DNA from: Asterias rubens
Lineage: Eukaryota
Length of the DNA: 64,000 nucleotides
Direction: 5' to 3'
NCBI RefSeq assembly: GCF_902459465.1
Contig: NC_047064.1
Coordinates: forward strand, 11,470,001 to 11,534,000
Under the pieces are notes generated by a model that was not told the DNA's origin, ran no database searches, and saw nothing but the letters and a program-made list of their open reading frames with translations. Shown here one piece after another: positions 14,099 to 27,980 of the stretch. How positions within the stretch are numbered: the first letter of the stretch is position 1; each line of letters begins with the position of its first letter. A program made the translations under genes and the position numbers.

Positions 14099-17000
14099 AA
14101 CCGTATAATGCATTATTCTCATAATAGTTAATGCGGAGGGATCTGGATGAAGGGCAACATACTGGTTTCCTTCCCTATTTCCAAGAACATTATTCTGTGA
14201 AATCTACAATGTAGACTATCAAGGCTTTCTTAAACTAGGAAACAATTTGAAACATTCCAAATTTGTATTTATGTCAAAAGAAAGCAAAACAAACTGCAAA
14301 AACACAACAATTTCTATTTAATTTATAATAATTATATAAAACCTTTATATTTGAATAACTAAAATTATTAGAAGAATTATAAATAAGTTTAAAGACTTCA
14401 ACAAACTATATTGCCCATTTACTTAATTGTCATGACTGTTCTGTTTACAATCCAGTTTACAATCCATTAAGGTTTAATCAACTATCATGCTTTACAGTTT
14501 AGCTTTATATATAATCTTTGGGTTGTAAATACTTAAATACATGGTTTTTTATATAAAGTCCAAAAGGAAAAACCAGATCTAATGTGAAATACTCTGATGG
14601 AATTTACCCTCAGTTCAAGCCTCAGTACACCTTTACTAATTTCCCTTGAGTACCATTTTTAATATTAAATCGAATAAGGAGTTAAATTGCTTCATCATGT
14701 GCTTGTGATTACCAATAATTATGTTCATTTTTGAAAGTCTGCATATGTGGGTATAAATTTATATGAATGTAGGTTACAACTTGTGAAAAACTTGTCTGGA
14801 AAGATACAGGCCTTGTGGTGATAGCTCAAAATGAATCCAACTTAATTTTTAAAATGGCAACCTTTACCAAATTTATATATAAAAAAAAATAATGATAATT
14901 AAAGATAGTGTTTTTGAGGTTTTCTTTTCTTGCCATTTATTGAAATTTATCAAATGGACACATTAATTGTTTACTCATTTTGTGCAAATGACAAAACATC
15001 AATTCCCGTGAAGGTCATGAGATCCTTATATTTTCGTTTTACAACTAGTTTTCTGTTTAAAAAGATAAGGAAATAATGTTTTTTATTTATTTATATTTGT
15101 TTTTATGGTCTTTGATTCTGACAAAGTGTTTTGCTGATATCTGTGCTGATTTTTTTAATTCGCTTCCATATGAGTCAAAAGATATAAACGTCAATTTGGA
15201 AAAGGGTAAAATCCCAAAGTTTGTAAGTTCTTTTGTGAAAAAAACATAACACCAATTTGAGGGTTTTGTTGAAAAATAATACTGATACTGATGACACAGG
15301 ACTTTTTCAACAGAGGCATTTTCTTGTATTCAACAAACCTTTGTTAAGAATACCCTGAAAATGAGACTTCTTAAAAACAAGAGCTAAAATCTAATTATTT
15401 GGTGAAATGATGCTAAAGTGTTGAGATATTGTTCATGTCTACATGTCCAACTCTCGTGCACATGTATCTTGTTGTTTCTATTAAAATTTAAATTAATACA
15501 ATGTTTTATCTACATTATCATGTCAGGTGAAAAACTCTTGATTAATAGCCATTATGACTGTGTTTGGCTGTGACATTTTCAAATATTGATTGCAGTGAGC
15601 ATTTACTATGATGCCATGACTATGCACTGAGTATGCCCTATAGCTGTCTTCAACCAGCTAGATCTTGTTACAATGCTCTACCACTGACACTTCTCTAGAA
15701 TGAGATTTAATAACATGGCAGCTAGCAGTGCTATGCTACACTCTTGCTTTGCCATATTAATCCAAGCAGTTTCGAATTACATCTGTGAGGCTGTAGATTG
15801 TTGCCATTGCAAAGTCTTGCAGACAGGCTTGTAAGTACAGTGTACACATACACATTTATTGTGCACATTCACCAAATGTTTCAAGACATCAGGTATTGAT
15901 CTTTTTACCCCTTGGAGAACTTTTTCAGTAGTATCACAATTAATGTTTTACTGTGCAGTATTGTGCAAACTAGGAGGTATTTCTTTAAACACATCTTCTC
16001 CCGTGATTCTACTTTTTGAGAATGCACTATATAACTTGAGATGTTACACAATAAATGATACTTTCTTACTGTCTCCTTGGTTGTGTTGGCTTGTATCATG
16101 AAGTAATAATACAAGGTCGTGTGTGTCAAGCAGGGTAGAGGCACACATTGTGATTGATTTTGTACAATTTGTGTACATTAGGCCTATATACACAAAACTT
16201 TTTCTACTCCATGGACACTCTGAAGCAAGATGTGTTTTTCATGTGTATGTCATGAAATGAAGGTGTGCACATGTAATAAAATATAATGTACATGTACACA
16301 TGTGTACTTGTGTGTGCGTGTACCTGTGGGTGTACATGATGTATATTATGTACATCTGTATGAACAATGCCCCTAATGCATACATGCGGGCATTATGGGA
16401 AAATACACATCCCCATGTGGTTAAAAGTGTAGTACATGCCCATGTGCATGTACATGTACATCTACAGTGTACATACACTGTACACAGTTTACCCTTGCCT
16501 ATTGGAGGCATGCAGAAGCCATAATGGGCCGACATGTCCATCAATCAGTCTATTCATTGAACCAGTCAGTTGCTCCATTCAACATCACTAACCACGCCTA
16601 CTACACACTGCATATTCATAAGGTTGAATGGCATGGCCTGGCCTACTGTTGCTTTCATATGCATACATTAAAGATGGCCCTGGTGGATCGCTAGCTAGCT
16701 GAATTACACAGTGTGCAAGTTTAGTAAGGTTATGGTCTTTGTGTCTGTGAAATAAACAGTGAATTGTGTCTCAACATGAACAAGTCTCGTGTGGATCTTT
16801 ACATAGACAGAGGACCCTTAAATACTATTGGCAGTCATAGTATGGGTTGTAATGTCCGAGGTATGTATAAAATTATCAGTCTGATTCTGACTCTGTAGTG
16901 ATGTGGTTATCATTGTGTGAACAACGCTATGTGTACATGTACGATATGATGTACGATGTATGTACATCAATCACTATTGCCATGGTTTTGTTTTTTTACT

Positions 17001-17370
17001 TGCGTTACCCATGGTACATGTGTATGCATACATGTTTGTACCACATTTGATGGTTTATTGTGTAGTTGTATGAAATAATGCTTACGTTCAAAATTTAATG
17101 TGTGAATAATCATGATGACTGTTGTAGTTAGTTAGTAAGCAACTCTTAAAGAAATACATTAGTACCATGTCTGGCAAATTTCTGATTTACAATGCACTAC
17201 TACAAATGTTATTAACATGCCATGCCTAGTTGAAGGTACATGTACACTAAATGGGACAGAGTGCATACAACATGTAGGTTACACAATTTGCATTGTCAAC
17301 GCAAACATAACTTATAATAATCATTTATTTTGTAAAAGTCTTCTGAAGTACTTAAATTGTCACTTGTTGT

Positions 17371-17700
17371 CACTATTGGTGATTACTCAAAATAATTGTT
17401 ATTAAAAACCTTACTTGGTAATGGGGAGCTGTTGATTAATGATAGTATAAAACATTGTGAGAAATGGCTACTAACGTAGTTTTCGAGAAAGAAGTAATTT
17501 TCCACGAATTTGATTTTGAAATTTGAGACCCCACCACATCCACTGAAAGCAACTTCTGTGTTTTTTTCTTTCATTATTCTCTTGCAACGTTGACGATCGA
17601 TTGAGCTCAAATTTTCACAGGTTTGTTATTTTATGCATTTGTTGAGATACACCAAGTGAAAAGACTGATCTTTGACAATTACTGATAGTGTCCACTGTCT
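17371..17700. mobile_element. MITE family A, reverse orientation
   Basis: Ends gatagtgtccactgtct|ttaa; the body is the reverse complement of the 27981 and 53793 copies. Confidence 0.8.
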
Positions 17701-18317
17701 TTAAAGGAGTTTTTAAAAATGTTTAAGGTAGTAGATATATGTGTATCTCAGCATCAGGTATTTTTCAGTAAGTTTTACACTAGTTATTAAGCCGTTTTAC
17801 ATATTATCAGCGTCTTTGTTGCAAACATATGAGTAGCTGAAGTTTTATAACATATCAAATACCTTCCAAGCCTGATGGTGTAGGTAGTGTGACATGATAA
17901 TGTTGTGCCTAGAGTGATAGTGCAAGAAGGATCACTAAGTCCAACTAACTTACAATTGGTTTTCACCCCCAACATGAAGAATTTTCTTCTTTTACTTAAA
18001 AAGATTGATGCCCACGGATATAAAAAACAAATATTTCTATCAAAGAAATAAAGTCAGAATTTCATAAACTGCCTGAGTTTCATCTTCTGACTAGGCTACC
18101 ATTTATCATCGTAAAAGTCTCCCAAAACGGTCACTGTGCACGTCAGTACCACTAAGAAATTAACATTCGCTAAAAAGATACACAATGCCAGGTATCCAAT
18201 TGCCATTTTTGTAAATGGTGTTTGAAGCTTTGCATGGTGTCGAGAATAAGAGTAACTATAAATATAAATATGAATAGTAGATTTGCAGGTACAACCATGG
18301 GTAAAATCTCTTTTGAA

Positions 18318-18385
18318 GGAGTGTTGGCTCTGAAAAGAGCCGGTTTGGTCTGGACGTTTCGAACAGTATACGCTGCTTGTCTTCA
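18318..18385. mobile_element. Short repeat fragment resembling a Penelope-like element end
   Basis: gagtgttggctctgaaaagagccggtttggtctggacgtttcgaacagtata resembles Penelope-type terminal repeats as I recall them; not verified. Confidence 0.35.
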
Positions 18386-19683
18386 AACATGTACTGTTTT
18401 CTGAGTCAAAGTATTCAAGGCTCATTTAAATTGAGTCATGGTTAGTAATCGAGGCACACAGCTTAATGTAAACATAACAAAGTTGTGATGAGAGACCAGC
18501 TTTGAATCCGTTGTTGATGCAACTCAATGAGGTTTACTTACTATACGCTCAACTCTTAGCAGTCAGAATGATATAAAACCATAGTCTTCAGACCATTTAT
18601 GGTAAGCCATGGCTCAAAATTGAGTTTCAGGCCTTGGAAATAATCCATTAAATTCCGGGCGACTTGAACGTCATTTGAAGTACGCTCAATGTAACATCAG
18701 TAAGTTTGGCTAAAATTTAAATCGAAAATGATTTACTACAAAAATTTAATAATAATCTCAATGCAATCTTTAAGAATTCACAAACTTGCCACCTTTTCGA
18801 GGTTGTCTTGCCCTATATACCTAACAAAAAGAAGTAGGTAAAACATGCATTTTTCGAGGCAATGCTAAGCACTACAATGCAAGCAGCACAAAAAAAAGGA
18901 TTTTTCAGTTATCATTTGAAGAATTAATTGAATGTAGATACTGAACATGATTACCACTAGTGATTAAACATGGACTGTTAACTTCATACTGGTTCATAAG
19001 AGTGGACCAGGGCACCAGGCCATAGGGGTGTGATTTAGGGCCTATGTATAATAGATCCTGTCTTCATGTGTATGCCAGAGGAAAGTTGATGTACATTGTA
19101 CATGTACTTGTACAATGGTGACATCCAGCAGGCATCTTGTATGTTTATTGATATAAGAAGGTCTGTTAGACTTAAAGGTGGCAGTGCCTGGCTATTATAT
19201 CCACAAACAAGTGATATTTCATAATGCACTTGACATTTAAATTGGGTTGGTAAAAGAAATGCACAGATCATTTATCAAAGTATTTTGGTACATGTACATG
19301 TGTAAATCAATGTTTTTAATGCAATGAGTGAATGGTCAGTCCAGTTCCCTCCCCCCACCCCCTGCCTGCCTCCAAAGTCATCTGTCATTATTTTGTCACT
19401 GTTGATGCAAGCATAATGTAGTTCATTTAGCTAGTGTTCCCATTTGACTTTATTTAAGTACTACGACTTTTCTGTAGATCGACTGACAAAATTAAATCCA
19501 ATGGGGGTGAATGGTAGACTGACCTCCCTGGCATCCTCGGTAACTTATCAGGGCCGCTAAAAAGTTCAATGGGAACAGCTCCATGCTGTAAACCTAACAG
19601 GACCACGCTGCAACACGTTTTATGCAAACAACATCAGTTCATGTACACGCCACAACTATAGTGCGCATAAAAGTGGTAGTATG

Positions 19684-19856
19684 CAGGCCTGATACTTCAC
19701 GGAAGCAACGAAGGCGATTGCCGCCCCCTAGTAAATGCATTGGTGCCCTTGAAACACGGTAGAAATTTACAATTTCCTCATCTATAGAGTGCCCTTTACC
19801 AAGGAGAACATGCCTTGGTGCTCTTGCCCCTGTCAAACAAGAAGCATACACGCCTG
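19684..19856. mobile_element. 173-bp MITE with CAGG...CCTG termini and a 6-bp TSD (hAT-like)
   Basis: AGTATG at 19678-19683 and 19857-19862 flanks caggcctgatactt...agcatacacgcctg; a related tgccttggtgccctt fragment lies near 47160-47232. Confidence 0.55.
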
Positions 19857-20125
19857 AGTATGGTTCCCTGTCTCATTTGCACTGCTGGCGGTGTGGTATT
19901 ATCATGGAATCGTATGCAGCGTGTGTACATGATATGTAGTGAGATACAAAATCTAAGCACAGCACTTTTTTCGATCTCATCCAGTTGCTGCAGTTATTCT
20001 ACTGTCCTAGTTAGAAACATGGCATAGTTGATAGATTTTTGAGAAGAAAGTGACTCATCAACAGTAGAGTATGTCATGACTTGAGTTTGAAGTAATTAGA
20101 TCCTATTTTGATGTCCTTTTTGCAG

Positions 20126-20184
20126 GTATGGATGGAGGCAGTAACTCGTGGAGTAGTCAACCAAGTCCAAGCTTTGATACAAGG
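20126..20184 (+). CDS. TCF12: E-protein exon A: (G)MDGGSNSWSSQPSPSFDTR
   Basis: Acceptor ttttgcag, donor AGG|gtgagt; 59 nt, phase 1 to 0; resembles TCF12 [25 protein letters not shown]. Confidence 0.88.
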
Positions 20185-20913
20185 GTGAGTTATCGTTAGT
20201 CTGGCTTTCTCTCGTTTCTGTCCACCAGAAATTAGCAACAACTTTATTGATACAAATCAACTTTTATCTCATCAAATCTAGGCCCTACTTATTCATTGTA
20301 ACTGAGTAATCACGGTATTTGTTCAATTCCAACCAGGAGTTGTCACATTCGTGTACCAACAGTAGTTTTCTATGTATCCGACATGCTCTGTTGGCAATTT
20401 CAATACTGCATTTTAAACAAACTCATGACTGCTTGTGCTGTAAACAAAAAAGAAAAAGCCTGTGATCTGAAAGGTGTTGAGAATACACAGTGATCCATTC
20501 AAAAGAGAATGTTTATTGTTTGCAGTTTCCTGCCCTGCCTTGGTATGGTTGTATATCAGGCGAGAGGTTCACCACACACAGCATGCACGTTCAGCTTGCA
20601 CAAGGATAAGCAACATGTAGAGGGCGCTACATTTTTAGCAATAGCTTGTATACATTTTATTAAAGAGCATTGTGTTTCACTAAAAACATTTCCTGTAACA
20701 CATCTTATGTTAAAAGATGATTGGTCCCAGTTATTTGGATTGCACTGGCCTAAAGGACATTTCCTCTAGATTATGTGTTTATCATTCTCATCACAAACAT
20801 AAGTCATCAATAAATGTTGTCACCCTTCAACAATGTCACAACAGGTTTATGTACTGTGAGTGTGTGAGCAGCAAGATATTATAATATGTATTGACCAAAC
20901 TATGGAGGACCAA

Positions 20914-21956
20914 AAGTGGACAACATAATTTTCCATTTTTTTTTTAAAGAAGAAAATGAGAATTTACTTTCATGTAAAACCATTTTTTTTCAAAATCTTC
21001 ATTTTCTGCTAGCAGAAACTTGGAGTTTATTTTTTGCCAGAGACTAGCGATCGAAAAGTAGACAAATCAAATTTGCAAATTTCTACTAGGAGAATTTGGG
21101 ATTTTACTTTTTGGACCAAACCATATTTCCAAATTTCTGCTAGTAGAGTTTTTGATTTTTCTTAGGTCCTCGACCTTAGCCTACACCTTTTCTTATTGTT
21201 TCTGCAAAATGTCTTGCCCAATTTGTATTTCGCCATAAGGGGATCACACAACAATGGTAACACAGGAAATGATAAGGCACGATGTTTGGCTGGACCTTAA
21301 TTTCAAGATCACGGTTAGGCCTATCTTGTCTCCACCAGTCGCGCAAAAAAGTCAATCTTTTAATATTTTGTTAAATATAATTTTCAAAAATGTTTTATTG
21401 TAGAACAAAATACCACAAACAGAATACTATTGGAAAGCAACTTTTCCTCTATTTGGCTTCATCAAACACAAACTTATTATCAGACTCACAGAAAACCAAG
21501 ATCACAAAACCACTGAACGACAACTAAACTGAGATGTGATTTCTCTACATGTCAGGACGTGACAATCAAGGGTCTACTAAACGTCGCTGAGTCAACAAAG
21601 ATCAAAGCTAAATTTGACAAAGCTAAATAGTGGTGATTGCCAGATTAGTTTTCCAGCTACCAATGATGCGTCTACTCTGGCAAGGAACCTCCAAAACGGT
21701 AACGGGGAGGGAGGTCTTTAGCGCCAGCTTGTACAATGACCATTTTGGAATATACGGAATAAAGAATTCATGATTTACTTTTAGGCCTATTCAAATTCAG
21801 TATTTCTCGCTTCCTGGACTAGTCGAATATTTGTTTGGTCCAAAACAAACGTTCAATCCTAATTTCTGCTAGAAGAAATTTGGAAACTTGGTTTGGTGCA
21901 AAATGTAAAATTCGAATTTCTGCTAGTAAAAATTTTGCAATTTGGGTTGTCCACTT
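20914..21956. mobile_element. About 1-kb element with short TIRs and repeated palindromic subterminal 16-mers
   Basis: aagtggacaac...gttgtccactt termini; TTTCTRCTAGNAGAAA-like motif at 21003, 21080, 21134, 21863 and 21917. Confidence 0.6.
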
Positions 21957-22266
21957 GGCTACGTTGTTGATGAGTTTGCATTTTAACCAAGAAAGCTGAA
22001 TTTATCTCTTAAGGTTGGAGGGTAGTGAGTTATGACTATATTTGAGACAAATTGTAAACAAACCCTTGATTCCCTTATTAGTAACTGGTGGAGGATATGG
22101 CAAGCAAATCCTGACCCTGAAATGAATTAAGAGAAGGGGCTCTAATTAATCACAAGAACCATTGACACTATGTGGAGGAAATCCTTGTACCCGCATTATG
22201 TGGTAGTCTGCATGATGGTCGCCCCTCACACTCACTTGTATGATTAGGTTAATTTGCCAACCTTAA

Positions 22267-22574
22267 AGGAACACGTTGCCTTGGATCGGTCGAGTTGGTC
22301 TTTGAAAAGCGTTCTGTAACCGTTTGTTTTAAAATGCATATGGGTAGAAAGATGTTGTAAAAGTAGTATGTAGAATACAATGATCCACACAAATATGCAT
22401 CCCATAAATGGCAGACCGTGTTAGTTCGCAACGTAAAAGGAAAACCGTGAGTGATACTTGTTTGGATCATTATATTCTACTTTTAAAACATCTTTCTAAC
22501 CATATACATTTCATAACAAACGGTTTCAACTCTTTTTATAAACCAACTCGTCCGATCCAAGGCAACGTGTTCCT
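22267..22574. mobile_element. T2/Kolobok-type MITE family B, complete
   Basis: TTAA on both sides; TIR AGGAACACGTTGCCTTGGATCGG...CCGATCCAAGGCAACGTGTTCCT. Confidence 0.9.
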
Positions 22575-23068
22575 TTAACATTGTCCAATTGATCAAAATC
22601 GTCATACTTAAAATGTTTTTCTACAATTCATCTTCTCTCTTCCTTGTGTCATTGGACTCACTCAGTGACCCAAACGCCAAGTTGTTGTTGTTATTTTTTT
22701 TTTAACATACGTATGTATGTATGTATTTGAAAACATTTCATAGTATCATGCATGCATGTAAAATTTCAAGCAAAAAAGTACACAACATTTGCCAATTTTG
22801 TTTGGCCCTTCTTAAAACACAGTTTACTAGCCCGCCAGCGACAAGTTACTTTTAAGTTGAACGCATCACTATTAACAATAATGTGCACAATTTTCAAAGA
22901 CACAGTTAGTGTAGGCCTTTAAAGGTGAGGAAGTTTGTTGTTGTGTGTAGCAGTTTACAACACGCTTGGAATGTTCAGTGTAGGTTGGTAGGATGAGTTC
23001 AAGAGTTCATTTAAGACGAGGTTCAGATGGTTTGAGAAAATGGGCCAGTCTGGTGGACCTTGTCTTAA

Positions 23069-23423
23069 GGGATTTGGGTACTTTTTCAAAATGTCCATAG
23101 ATTTACATTAAACTTACAGGGTTTGAAGATAATGATAGTGGAAAGCTTCCCTTCAAATATTACTTACTGATGTGCTGTAGTTTTGGACAAATGAGTAAAC
23201 AAAATTCATGAAAATACGTTTGTAATTGATTAAAATAATTTTCGTCTCATGAGACAAAAATTATTTTCATGACATTGTTTTACTAATTTCCCCAAAACTA
23301 CAGCACCTCCGCACGTAATATTGTCAGGGAAGCTTTCTACTATCATTATCTTCAAACTGTGTAAGTTTAGTGTAAATCTGTGGACATTGTGTTTTTTTGT
23401 CTTACAAAAGTTACATAAACCCT
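23069..23423. mobile_element. Fold-back MITE family C, complete
   Basis: TTAA-flanked; long imperfect inverted arms around a central tctcatgaga palindrome. Confidence 0.85.
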
Positions 23424-24486
23424 TTAACAAGAGTAGTCAGTATGTATCTCAAAACACTGGCAATTACAAATTACCAAAACATTTGCATTGAGAAAAATGT
23501 ATTTAGTATTTATGTTTGTAGACATGTAGGCAATGATAAATAACACATTACATGTACATGTTCATATGTACAGTGTATGCATACATGTATATTGCAAAGA
23601 AGAGGTCAGGTTAGGCCAAGCAAGTTGAAATATGATTAGGCACTGGGGCAAAGAGGTGAAGTTTCTGAGTAAACTCAGGATTGTGACCCTGGTATTGGTA
23701 GAGTCCCTGCTGATACACAGTAAGCCCATGGAGACTGACTTCTCCAGGTTTCAGGTAACAGTCGGAAATGAACAAAGAACTTTCTTGGACCAAGTCTGAC
23801 TACTAAAACATACAATTGTACATGTGATATATGCCTACATGTATGAACTGCAAAGTGTTCCTTCAATTATTCCCTCTTCCTCTGTGTTTTTATTGTTTTT
23901 ATAGTTTTGTTAATGTTTTTCTGGGTGCTGAGTGTGTATTTACTTTTTGACTGTCTGAAAAACAAAATCAATGTTAATATGAATACTGTAGCTAAAAAAT
24001 TATAAATACTCTCAATTTAAGCCCACCCTGCCAAATAAATTAGCCATAGAAAATTATTAATGGAATTTTGTTTTGCGCAATCGACTGACGAAGTTCTACC
24101 ACATCATACTTTCCTGCGACCATCCAACAACATAAGACAGCCTCAAAAAGGCCGTGAAGGACACTAAAACTTATGATTGCTTGTATCTCGTGTTGCTAGC
24201 ACAATGTTATGATTTTTTTTCTGCCAGGAGTGGGAGCAAAAAATGAGACAAGCCATTTTAAATTGTTAAATGCACTCAATTGACTCAATCAACTTATAAA
24301 CTATGTATTTGTTGTAGGTAATTTAATCAAGCTGATCAATCAATGCCTTAGGCCCCTTGCCCTGTATGTCATTTGTTTGAGTCTAGTTGGGATAAGATTT
24401 GCTCTGTTTTCTTTTAAATACAGTGTATTCTATCATCAATTGACATAGTAGGTAATATGCATTGTGTTGTATTATTTTCTTAATAG

Positions 24487-24595
24487 GGATATGAGCATTC
24501 ACACAGTACAACCTATGGAGAAATGAATGATAGAATAATGGATGGAATGCCAAGTAACTATGTCAACTCGTCTTCAGCAATGTCTTCTATTATGG
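24487..24595 (+). CDS. TCF12: E-protein exon B: GYEHSHSTTYGEMNDRIMDGMPSNYVNSSSAMSSIM(G)
   Basis: Acceptor ttcttaatag, donor G|gtatgt; 109 nt, phase 0 to 1; occupies the position of TCF12 GFTDSPHY...NSNLM. Confidence 0.85.
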
Positions 24596-25794
24596 GTATG
24601 TATTTAGAATAAATATTCGGAGCATTCTCCAAACACAATGTTCATAGTAAGTGAAACTATGAAATTAACCAGGCCAGGGATATTATTCTTTTAAGGGTAA
24701 GACCATTTTGACTTTATAGACCATGGCATACTGTAAAATAATACCTTTATTTTGTCCAGGGTAATTCTACTTGTTAGCATTTGTGTTGAGATAAAACGCG
24801 CACCATTTATGATGTGCAGTTTAAACAAGCTTTGACAAACGACCCAAGAACTTAGTCACAGCCATGCTGCTGCTGCAAACAAGAATAATAATAACAGTGT
24901 TGGGTGCAATCTTTGAAAAGATGGACTCTCTTGAAATTCGCGAAAGCTGCAAATTGTTTACGGTGTTAACTTTGTAAAAGTTTCAAAATTCCAAAATGCC
25001 TTTGTTACCTGACATGTCCCTTGTAGTTTATTTTTTTCTCTGTAATTTTGGGTGCTGCGCCTTGTCTGCCAAGTGTCTTATCCGCATGCAATGACGGCAG
25101 ATGATCATAAAATGCTCTAGTTCATGAACCCTTGGCTGAGCAGCAATATAACTAGTTAGATTCATATACTATAATATGTGTCAACAATTTTGTTTGAAAG
25201 TTTTGATGCACTTCAAAGCCAGTGTTTGACATGCAAACCAATACTTGATTTTTCATTATCAAGACTGCTGTTGTTCATGAGCCCTGATACTCATGAGTCG
25301 TGTAACTCAAAACTTATGTTACTCAGGACTTGAGTCTTCTCTTAATCTTGAGTCCTGGGCCCAATTTCATTGAGCTGTGTGTCAGTCGATTTTGTGCTTA
25401 ACAGACCCCCTAGCAAATTTTTCATTTGATAGTCTTGGTTAAGCAAGGTTTTTTGCTTATAGCTTTAAGCAAACAAAAAGGGTCCTTAAAGCCTCTATGT
25501 TTTGCTTAAGCACCCTGTTTGAGCATAGTGCAACATCATGCATGAGTTGTGTGTGTTGTGGTGCATCTGTGTGTATTTTACGTGTGTTGGTATGGTGTAG
25601 CGAAGTAAACGAGGAGTGTCTAAAATGTTCCAGAAATGTTGTACAATTCATCTTCTTGTTTACTCTCAAGTTAGTGAGTAAACCTTTCAAGGGGCACTTT
25701 GAACCATTACAAATAATACATATCAGACAGAGAAGGTGATTACTTTTTATTGTCACTTTTCATTTATTTATTTTGCCCGCCATTTGGTCAGCAC

Positions 25795-25920
25795 CTTCTT
25801 TGTTACCCAGGACTCCTGTCATTCAGGTCTCCTGTTACCCAGGGCTTTTTATACTCAGATCTCATGTGACTCAGGACTTCTGTTACTCAGAACTCCTGTT
25901 ACTCAGAAAGAACTCCTGTC
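25795..25920. repeat. Degenerate 16-bp tandem repeat (about 7 units, ACTCCTGTTACTCAGG-like)
   Basis: Repeated tgttacccagg / tgtgactcagg / tgttactcaga at about 16-bp spacing. Confidence 0.6.
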
Positions 25921-26481
25921 ATTTTGTCATTATCACCATAGATTTACAGTGTACATGCAATGGTGCAAATGTACTGACATACATTGTTGTGAAAAAAGTC
26001 AATGTGATGTGTCATTGACCATGTGGTTAACAGTCCAGACATGATTTGAAGACAAGTGGTAATTGACATAGAGTAAGACCCTAGGTCCAACCATGGTCCA
26101 GCCAAGATCCCAGTTGTAGGTAATTACACCCTGATTGCTACTCTCTTGGAAAGACCCAGGAACTTCTCCATGTACTGGTAGTCTTTCCTGCTTGAGGCAT
26201 TTAGACTCTGTGTGGGGAAACACCCCCTGCTAGTTGTAGGTGCCTACAGCTCCTATTTGTATTAATCATGGTGAGTTTGACCTGTGTACCTACTGTTACA
26301 ATCTTAAGGGGGAATAGCACACTCAAGGAAATGGCCGAGTTATAAGCTGTTGACAAAATCGATGGGTTCGGAACAAATATCGAAAAAAGTTTGAGAAAGC
26401 CTTCGCTACTTAAAGGTCAAAGATTCAAGAAATTTTATTGTATGGCCATGAAACTCTGTGCATTTGATGGGCATACAATAA

Positions 26482-26995
26482 GGGAATCAATGTGTGGTGA
26501 AGAGGTTTTCAACTAGTGTTTTAATCCCAACGAGGCCTGGTTCTTCGTCGAGGTAAATTATAAAGAACAAGGCCTCAGCGGGTTTAAACCACTAGTTGAA
26601 AACCGATTCAACACACTTTGATTCCCATTCATACATGTGAATTTTTCGGTCAAAAACATCATCACTTTTTGGTCAAAAAGTAAAATAAATGCAAAATTTT
26701 TAATTGTTATATGATTTCTTTCAACACAACACCCCCTCCAGCTATGAAATGGTAGAGCCCTCCGCTGCCCTCGCGTAAACAACTCTTTATAAGGGAATGC
26801 TGTGCACGTATCGCGTGATGTGGCTGACGGTTTCAGCCGTTGCTCTCGACCAATAGGAATGAAGAAACTGGCTTATAAGAACAGTCGCAAGGTCGCGTGT
26901 CACGCTCATGAATTAACACTTTTTACCGGTCATTAACAAAAGGTTTATGCACACCCACGTGACGCGCTCTCCACCAATAGGAGTAGAGAAACTGG
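26482..26995 (+). mobile_element. Asymmetric terminal-hairpin element, with hairpin-centre deletion and a truncated far end
   Basis: Colinear with 13543-14098 along its length; appears to be nested in another TTAA-GG element starting near 26306. Confidence 0.82.
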
Positions 26996-27980
26996 GCATG
27001 GCTGTTTATAGGCCGAGCGGCTTATAGACTGACACCCCCCCCCCCCAAAAAAAAAGGATTTTTGGTAATGTTCCGAAAAATTACGGTGTGTGCAAACTTA
27101 AATTGATAAATCTACATTGTTGAAATTTGCCATGAATCTAGCATATAAAAGTTCTAACCAATTCCGATTCTAACCACTGTTAATGTGCATGCATGAAACT
27201 AACCAGCCATAAAATCATTATTTATTAATGCTTCATCAAAATTAATATTGTGTTGCCTCTTCAGGGACTAGCTTTATGGATAAATTATGACAAGTCCTAG
27301 TTTTATCCCCAACAATTATAGATCTGTTCAGCTTACATGTCCACTGGGATGTATGGCATCAGATGTAAAAGACATCTATTTTAAAATATATCAATCATAT
27401 TTGGGATTTAAGGCATTGCATGGTGAGGTATCAATATATATTTGGTTTGCGGTAACACCATGTGTGTATCTACTTGCCATGTAGAGTTTGTTTCTAGAGA
27501 AATGTCTTTCTTTATTCTACTACTGCGGAGTAGATTTATCGGGTGTTCTGCTTTTCAACTAACGCTTTTTGGTGTTACAGTGTATTTATAGAAGGTAGCC
27601 ATGTACATCACACAACCATGGATAAACAGTCATGTACAAAGAGGTTCCAAAGGTCCAACAGTCAGTATGCTGTGATTGGCTGTTGAATATCCATATTTAG
27701 GAAAGCAAAGTTAGACCATAGAGTGGTCCTTTCTCTATGGTTATAGACTTTCACACATTGGTCATAATGCACTTAGTTAAATAAAACCTGCACAGTGTAT
27801 GCAGGTCTGATTAGTCTTGATTGGTGTTGATTGGTAATGCTAACTGTTGTACTAATCATCAGTAGAGGGCGCCACATGAACTACTTTGGAAGGACTGGGC
27901 AAGTCTATGAATCTGGGTTTGTTTGACAAAGATTCTCTACTCCAGTAAATTGATTGGTGATATTGGGGACTACATTTTAA

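Noticed and set aside
13280-14420. Possible L1/Tx1-like LINE remnant split by the hairpin element
   Set aside because: Only faint peptide resemblance with many stops; too degenerate to support without a profile search.
18096-18425. 109-aa minus-strand ORF with a hydrophobic C-terminal stretch (possible nested gene)
   Set aside because: It overlaps repeat-derived pieces (Penelope-like end; a 31-bp block also seen near 32309), has no recognisable homology and shows no exon context.
19786-20027. Apparent exon after ctcatctatag with VKQE and CxxC motifs
   Set aside because: The acceptor and first half lie inside the 19684-19856 MITE, and the frames end in stops.
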